This document shows positions 58,396 to 64,000 of a stretch of DNA of 64,000 nt, one piece after another (position 1 is the stretch's first letter; the number at the start of each line of letters is the position of its first letter). Made by a program: the position numbers and the translations under genes. A model generated the notes under the pieces. It was not told the DNA's origin, did not search any database, and was given only the letters and a program-made list of their open reading frames with translations. Source of the DNA: Parcubacteria group bacterium (GTDB lineage Bacteria > Patescibacteriota > Minisyncoccia > Moranbacterales > UBA11712); assembly GCA_041659685.1 (NCBI GenBank), contig JBAZXV010000001.1:178771-242770 (forward strand), read 5' to 3'.

Positions 58396-60963
58396 TCAGT
58401 CCTGATCAGGTCCCGCTTGTCTGACATCCTTTTTTTCAGGAACCGCAACAGGATTCTGTGGCTTTTCCAGAAACTGGGGCGGAGCGGACGACTCTGCCTT
58501 GGGTGTTTCCGGAGTTATTGGTTGTTCCGGCTTAACTTCTGCCGGAGTTTGAGGCGGCATAGCAGGCGGTTCCGCCGGCTTGGCCTCTGGTTTTTCCGGA
58601 ATTGATGGAATAATTATTTTTCCGTCCGGAACCTCAGGCAGAACAGGCTGTTCCACCTTGGGCGCATCCGGAACCGGCGTCGGAGCCTGGGCAGGTTGCT
58701 CAGGCTTGTCCGGAGTGATTGGTTGCTCCGGCTTGGTTTCTTGCGGAGCCGGGATTGGTAGCGCCGGAACCTTGATCGGCGTTTCCGGCTTGACTGCCGG
58801 ACACCGCTCCCTCAACTTCTTTTTACGTTTCGGCGGTTTTTTTACTTTTACCGGCGGAGCTTTTTCAACTGCGGGAGGACAGATAATTTTCGGCTCAGCC
58901 GGAATTATCGGTGCTGGAGGTAAAACCGCAGGAACAATCGGCTCAATTTCCGGCGTGTCCCAAGGAACTTCTTTGGTCCCGCATTCCACCATCGCGCCCT
59001 GGATGGTCCAAAATACGCGATAAAAATCGACAGAATCCAGATAGTAGTTTCTTTTCCCAAAATATCGGCCGTAGGAGAGGTATACTCCCCCAACTTCGAC
59101 CTGCACTTTGCCTCCGCCGCCCTTGGGGCCATGGCGGAAACGCAGAAAGGCCGGGCCCGCCGATATTTTGAACAGGTCATCGCACGGCGATTGATACAGG
59201 ACCGGCATAATACCGGCATGGAAAAACCCGTCCGTCTCCCAGAGCAGGAAGGCCTTCGCTCCCGGGAGCAGCTTGCCATATTTTCCGCTCTTCACCGGCT
59301 TCCACCAAAATTCCGTGGCGGCGTCAACCGTTGCATAGCGGCGGGACATCCGATAGTTAAAATCCCCTTTTTCCCAGCGTCGGCCCGCAAGAAGGCCAAT
59401 CGTCGTATCCGTCCCGCCCCAATCATGGCGGGTGATAATCTCCGGCCAAATGCCGAATGAACGGCTACAGCCTGATCCGGAGAATTCGGACGGGTGAACT
59501 TGATACTCATACCACCCGAACTTTGCCGCAGGTCCGACTCCCAAAAATACGTTGGGCGCCAATTCTGCTTCGAACGGCCGCAAAGCGATATTATGCCATG
59601 CAAACCGTCCCGAGAGATTCGGCTCACGGCTGATTCCACCTCCAATCGGTATTTCTACCCGTTTCGGATCGACCCACCAACGAATGCGCTGAGGAAGATC
59701 GATGTAGTCATTGAAGGTTTGACCTTGGCCTTTGACATCGGCAACAAACTGCCGATAGGGAATCTCACCGCCGATGTTGGCATTGTTTTCCCGGACATAC
59801 GACTGTCCATAACTTTTTTCGCTCTTCGCCGGGTTTGGATAGGCGCCGACTTTTTCATCTTTCCGGAAGGATTGCCAGAAAGCAAAATCCTTCTCGAAAA
59901 GCTCTACGCCATTTGTCTCGGTAGAGAGGCAAGGCGTGTTGTGATTGCGCAGAACGGTGGATGTAAATAATGCTGATCCAGCGCTCATTGCCATCCCAAT
60001 CGGCTCAGGACTGATTGTCAGCCCCCCATCATCGGCAAAGCGAACATAGCCACGGCGCCGGTCGGGTTTTTTGCAGGCCTCGACTAATTCGCCACGATCT
60101 GCCGCATAGCGGATCCCGTCCATCGGGACATAATACTTATTAAGGCCGGCAGCCCGAATAACTCCATCGAGCTGGCCTTTGTTGATGAGGCTCGTTCTCT
60201 GGAGACTATCAAGGCTCGTGCCATAGGTCTCGGCAACCAGAGCCATATACTCAGGATCTTTTTCTTCATACATTCCGCCCTGAAGTTTGGCATACTTGGT
60301 GCCTTCCAACCCCCAAACAACCAACTCACCACGTTTGTCTCCGCCAATGGCATTGTTGAAAAAACGGTCGCCACTGACAATTTTCCAATCGGAGGCAGAA
60401 CCAGTGAGTTCGGAGTTGAAATAGACTACGACCGGAAGCTTGCCATTCTTGTCGCTGCCGGACGGCAGAATAAAACCGTCCTCAATCCGACCAGAGCCGG
60501 AATTGACGGCCACCGCCTTCATGGTCTTTCCCTTAGCAAATTTAAGCGCAGGTGTGGGGATAAAACCTCTCACGGCAGTGACTTTTTTGGAGTCTTGCGG
60601 AGGTTTTTTGGTTGACCATGAATCACGAGGGGTGCAGAAGGGGGATTTCCATAATTTCCCATCTTCCCTATCCCCGTTCTCCGGGTTTTCCCACTTGTTG
60701 GGTTTGCGGGCCGTGTAAAACTGCCCGCTCTCCTGGTTCAGCCTTTCCTGGTAGATTTGGCCGTCACGAGAATTCTTCCACTCGCGGACCACACCGGGAT
60801 CGGCTTTTTCGGCGGAAGCGGCTTCTGAAACCTCTCCTCCGCTGCCGGAGCACTTATACCATCCCGGTTCGGAACCGGGAATTGGGTCTGCAGCTTTTGC
60901 TTGGCCGCTGGCAAAAACCAGCGAAAGGCCGAGCAGAGCAGCGATAAAAGACTTTCTGACCAT
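58396..60963 (-). CDS. Large secreted protein (855 aa) with a C-terminal Pro-rich repeat region
   Basis: Signal peptide MVRKSFIAALLGLSLVFASGQAKA and PExPxxP-type low complexity in the last about 150 aa. GC-rich. Confidence 0.5.
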   Translation of the reverse strand: MVRKSFIAALLGLSLVFASGQAKAADPIPGSEPGWYKCSGSGGEVSEAASAEKADPGVVREWKNSRDGQIYQERLNQESGQFYTARKPNKWENPENGDREDGKLWKSPFCTPRDSWSTKKPPQDSKKVTAVRGFIPTPALKFAKGKTMKAVAVNSGSGRIEDGFILPSGSDKNGKLPVVVYFNSELTGSASDWKIVSGDRFFNNAIGGDKRGELVVWGLEGTKYAKLQGGMYEEKDPEYMALVAETYGTSLDSLQRTSLINKGQLDGVIRAAGLNKYYVPMDGIRYAADRGELVEACKKPDRRRGYVRFADDGGLTISPEPIGMAMSAGSALFTSTVLRNHNTPCLSTETNGVELFEKDFAFWQSFRKDEKVGAYPNPAKSEKSYGQSYVRENNANIGGEIPYRQFVADVKGQGQTFNDYIDLPQRIRWWVDPKRVEIPIGGGISREPNLSGRFAWHNIALRPFEAELAPNVFLGVGPAAKFGWYEYQVHPSEFSGSGCSRSFGIWPEIITRHDWGGTDTTIGLLAGRRWEKGDFNYRMSRRYATVDAATEFWWKPVKSGKYGKLLPGAKAFLLWETDGFFHAGIMPVLYQSPCDDLFKISAGPAFLRFRHGPKGGGGKVQVEVGGVYLSYGRYFGKRNYYLDSVDFYRVFWTIQGAMVECGTKEVPWDTPEIEPIVPAVLPPAPIIPAEPKIICPPAVEKAPPVKVKKPPKRKKKLRERCPAVKPETPIKVPALPIPAPQETKPEQPITPDKPEQPAQAPTPVPDAPKVEQPVLPEVPDGKIIIPSIPEKPEAKPAEPPAMPPQTPAEVKPEQPITPETPKAESSAPPQFLEKPQNPVAVPEKKDVRQAGPDQD

Positions 60964-61037
60964 GGTCTTACACTCCTTTGCCTCGCTTCCCTTTCGTTTC
61001 TTCCTAAGCCAGACTCGGCGCGAATTTTTTTCATTTA

Positions 61038-61102
61038 ACCCGGGGAACTTAACCCGGACATTAAACGAAGAAAATTCAGTTTTTATGACCCGGGGAACTT
61101 AA
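61038..61102. repeat. 15-nt direct repeat acccggggaacttaa x2 (61038-61052 and 61088-61102) at the GC-island boundary
   Basis: Seen directly in the sequence. Confidence 0.4.
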
Positions 61103-61340
61103 TCACCCAGAATGAAACACCATAAGAACTTTGCTTTTGTCTTGCTTTTGGAAAATCCGGAGGAGTCGCAAGAAATTTTTGTGGGACAGCCGCCAGGCGG
61201 CTGCCATATATTGACTTTATACTGACAAAGTTGTAAATGAGCTGGCCCTCGTTTTCAAGGGTTGAGTGTCCCAAAGCCGCGGCTTTGAAAAACTCAGCCT
61301 CCGAAAAGATGGTTTTCAAGCCATCACGTTAAAGGCAAAA

Positions 61341-61371
61341 GTGGAATTCGCAGCTAAACCGCAAATTCCAC
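61341..61371 (-). terminator. Hairpin (gtggaatt ... aattccac) 3' of the Wzz/YveK-like gene
   Basis: 8-bp perfect stem with a 15-nt loop. Confidence 0.35.
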
Positions 61372-61411
61372 CTGCCTTTCAGTGTGTTGCTCTTAAGGTT
61401 CAACTTGAAAT

Positions 61412-62146
61412 TTACGTTTCTTTGAAATTGACTATCTCTCCCGTTTCTACGTCGATAATGTTTCCGGAATCGTCTTTCGTTATCGTTCTTCCCCAAATGC
61501 CGTTTATATCTTTTCCGCTGCCCGCTAGTTTCCCCTGACTAACAAGGCCTGCATAAAATGAAATTGCAAATATAAGGAAAAGTCCCACAAGAAATGATGC
61601 GCCGACCGAAAACGCCAGCATTGCGGCTCCCGGATTATTCTTTATCACCGGCGCGTTAATCATCCGCACTTCAATTTTTTGGTTTTCGCTGATAAAAAGA
61701 TTATTATTGTCCGCCAAAACTCCGGCCACTGTTTTTGAGATATTTTCTGCGTTCGTTCGATCACTCGCCAAGACCCTGAGGTGACTCATCCCCAGCTCCA
61801 TATTAAGCGATGTCCGAACCGTTTTTGCCCAGGATTTCATCCTGCTCTCCCGATCAATGGGCAAAATTTTAGAAAGTTCCGGATAACCTTCCGCAGCCTT
61901 ATTAAGAAAAGTTTCCGTGTAGATGCTTTCCGAAAGAAGCTTCGAAAAATGTTCGGTCGACTTCGCCAGAGTATAGGAATCAACGAATCCTTCCTGGTTT
62001 TGAATGACCAGCACGTCCAAATTGGACTGATATTTGGGAGTAAAAAGCATCATCCCCCAAAAAGTCACGGCCGCAAAAAGAAGGCCTGCCAATATCATGA
62101 TTCCTGATTTTTGCCTTAAAATAGCGGCAATTTGAGAATAATTCAT
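61412..62146 (-). CDS. Wzz/YveK-like polysaccharide chain-length determinant
   Basis: N-terminal TM helix, then PKYQSNLDVLVIQNQ, and a C-terminal second TM (AMLAFSVGASFLVGLFLIFAISF). Confidence 0.55.
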   Translation of the reverse strand: MNYSQIAAILRQKSGIMILAGLLFAAVTFWGMMLFTPKYQSNLDVLVIQNQEGFVDSYTLAKSTEHFSKLLSESIYTETFLNKAAEGYPELSKILPIDRESRMKSWAKTVRTSLNMELGMSHLRVLASDRTNAENISKTVAGVLADNNNLFISENQKIEVRMINAPVIKNNPGAAMLAFSVGASFLVGLFLIFAISFYAGLVSQGKLAGSGKDINGIWGRTITKDDSGNIIDVETGEIVNFKET

Positions 62147-62221
62147 GTTTATATAATTTAATTAATCAACCTGTTATTATACGCCTTTTTTATTATTTTG
62201 TCAATATGGACGTATGAATCG

Positions 62222-63628
62222 TTAAAAACTCAAGACTTTATCCCCTGTCAGCTTTTCATTCAATTCTCCTGTTGTCCCGTCGGTTTTTTGCATCTTAGCC
62301 GTGAAATCAATCTCTCCGGATCCGGACTGCTTCTGAACCAGCAGACTGTATGCCTTATTTTTCAGATCGGCCGGCAGGTTATACTCCAAAGTTACTGATT
62401 CCGTCTTCCCAATTTGAACATTTACGGGAAATCCAAAAACCTTTTTCCCCAGCTCATCGCTAAACCTCATTTCTTGCCCGGGAATACTCGACGTTTCAAG
62501 CCATGATCCTGCCGGAACGTAAACTCTCGCCCAATCATTGTAATTGGTGGTCATCCAGTCCTTGGCGCGGCAAGTGTGTTCATAAGTCAAAGTTAATTTT
62601 GCCTTCGGGTTTTCACCATTCATGTCAACGCTGTATTCAGCTTTTCTCTTGATACAGATATCGCTTTTCAGAGAATTAAGATTGGCGTCGACAACCATCA
62701 GATAGTCTCCGCTGTAATCCCGCACCTTTCCCGTCCAGTTCATATTTTCCGCCTCCGCCTCAAGGCTTTCGTCCTTAAAATACATCTGGATGTCTTTTTG
62801 CTTGAGGTGTTCTTCCATTTTTTTCCCGAGTTCCAACTGCTGGGAAAGCGTGAAATTATGGGCTTTTTCAATGAGAACCTCGGCCATTTCTTTCATGACG
62901 CTTTTTCTCTCTCCTTTGTCGATTCCCTGATCGCGATAGCCTTTTTCCACCTGGTATTCGAGCTGGAGAATGGCCGTTTCGTCGTTGTACTCCCCCGGAT
63001 AATCGTTGATTTTGACCGGCCCGGTTATCGAAAGGAAAGAATTAAGCACATTTGTGTTAACGGCAACGACCCCGTCAAAATTTTCTCCGCCCTGCCCGAG
63101 TTTATAGAAATATTCCGCTTTTTCGGCATTGGTCTTGAAATCAGGCGACCAGTTTGAATCGCGCAATTTCCAGGATTTAATATAGAGCATTTCCCCCATC
63201 GGATAAGGAGGGGTTTCCGTTTCAGGAATCCGCCCGTCGAAATTTCCCGTGTCGTGGATTTGAATATCGCTCACTTTTCCGTTTTTCGTCTTAAGAATTC
63301 CGAAAGACCCGATAAATCCGCCTCCGGGACGAAGTTCCATGTCATTTTGGAAAAGGATGAGAAAAGTTTGCTCGCGATTGAATCCGCCGGCTTTTTGATA
63401 TATGTCCGTCAAAACCTGAAGTTCGTTTCTGCGCTCGGATCCCACCGGCAAAATTTTCGCCAGCGGTTTTAGGTTTTCAATATTCCGGTTTTTCACCTGG
63501 AGAAACACATACCATCCGAAAAGCAGAACGACCGAAGCCAGCCAAAAAATCAGCCAAAACTTCCACGTGTTCTTCTTAATTTTCTTTTTTCCTTCTTTTT
63601 CAGGCAAAATTTCAGCCTTTTTTTCCAT
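62222..63628 (-). CDS. Membrane-anchored protein, DUF4012-like (tentative)
   Basis: N-terminal TM helix (WKFWLIFWLASVVLLFGWYVF) and a large extracytoplasmic domain. It is adjacent to the Wzz-like gene. Confidence 0.4.
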   Translation of the reverse strand: MEKKAEILPEKEGKKKIKKNTWKFWLIFWLASVVLLFGWYVFLQVKNRNIENLKPLAKILPVGSERRNELQVLTDIYQKAGGFNREQTFLILFQNDMELRPGGGFIGSFGILKTKNGKVSDIQIHDTGNFDGRIPETETPPYPMGEMLYIKSWKLRDSNWSPDFKTNAEKAEYFYKLGQGGENFDGVVAVNTNVLNSFLSITGPVKINDYPGEYNDETAILQLEYQVEKGYRDQGIDKGERKSVMKEMAEVLIEKAHNFTLSQQLELGKKMEEHLKQKDIQMYFKDESLEAEAENMNWTGKVRDYSGDYLMVVDANLNSLKSDICIKRKAEYSVDMNGENPKAKLTLTYEHTCRAKDWMTTNYNDWARVYVPAGSWLETSSIPGQEMRFSDELGKKVFGFPVNVQIGKTESVTLEYNLPADLKNKAYSLLVQKQSGSGEIDFTAKMQKTDGTTGELNEKLTGDKVLSF

Positions 63629-64000
63629 AAATTTGCTTTAAATAAAGTAAAATTATTATCTGCATATTAATACGTACTGACCCCTTATTTTAACTTTATA
63701 AACTAGCAAAAAAAGCATCTTTTGTCAATGGCAACCCAGCCGGGCTGGTTTTTTTGTTTTTTTCACATAAGTTAAGATAAAGCTCCCTGAGCTTACCTGC
63801 CTCGCCGGCAGGCAGGCGCTCGCGGTTTTCTGCGAAGGGGAATAAACTCACTTCATCTTTTGGCCAAGAAAATATTTCTGGAACTTTCGGGAATTAATCG
63901 GGATTATTTGAATTAAAAAAAGATTATCCGCACCTTAAACATCGGAAGTATTGCGCTTTTTTTTGCCTATGCTATAATTTTCTCAAACCATGATCCATTT

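Overview
This is an AT-rich, densely packed bacterial window, mostly minus-strand coding, using the standard genetic code 11 (TGA acts as a stop, for example at the prfA/prmC ATGA overlap). The gene content and style are consistent with a small-genome Patescibacteria/CPR-like organism, but that lineage call is inference only. Recognisable content, in order along the window:
- 1-6.1 kb: an aaRS block, valS (truncated at the window start), a VanX-like D-Ala-D-Ala dipeptidase, pheT, and pheS (interrupted by a frameshift).
- 7.1-11.3 kb: an amidohydrolase and a membrane-anchored ClpA/B-type double AAA+ ATPase.
- 11.4-11.7 kb: tRNA-Tyr(GTA) and tRNA-Thr(TGT), followed by a conserved about 70-nt double-hairpin element flanked by a 27-bp duplication of the tRNA-Tyr 3' end. 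A second copy of this element lies at 23.8-23.96 kb downstream of rpsI.
- 11.7-15.5 kb: a TPR membrane protein, a PSP1/RicT-like protein, tsf, rpsB and rpmE.
- 15.9-18.1 kb: a putative NUDIX / P-loop kinase / metallophosphoesterase / SemiSWEET operon.
- 19.3-21.3 kb: prfA-prmC, with a PET motif at the RF1 PxT position.
- 23.9-28.4 kb: the rpsI-rplM-rplQ-rpoA-rpsD-rpsK-rpsM-rpmJ-infA ribosomal cluster.
- 28.6-33.9 kb: a 661-aa bitopic membrane protein and an FtsA-like actin ATPase.
- 33.9-37.8 kb: a secreted cell-wall-active cluster (PGRP-type amidase and an RlpA-like DPBB protein).
- 37.9-42.1 kb: a MacAB-type tripartite efflux system with two small membrane proteins.
- 42.2-55.5 kb: a surface polysaccharide locus with a class I SAM methyltransferase, an ECF sigma factor, GT4 glycosyltransferases, a UDPGP-like enzyme, rmlA/D/B/C (interrupted by a four-helix-bundle gene), a frameshifted Wzz-like gene, a TIG-domain protein and an O-antigen-ligase-like gene.
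- 55.5-61.1 kb: a sharply GC-richer island encoding only secreted proteins, including an L,D-transpeptidase.
- 61.4-63.6 kb: a second Wzz/YveK-like gene and a DUF4012-like membrane protein.
No CRISPR array, transposase, integrase or rRNA gene was recognised. Two smaller GC-rich patches (6.1-6.95 kb and 18.2-19.25 kb) carry small orphan ORFs.
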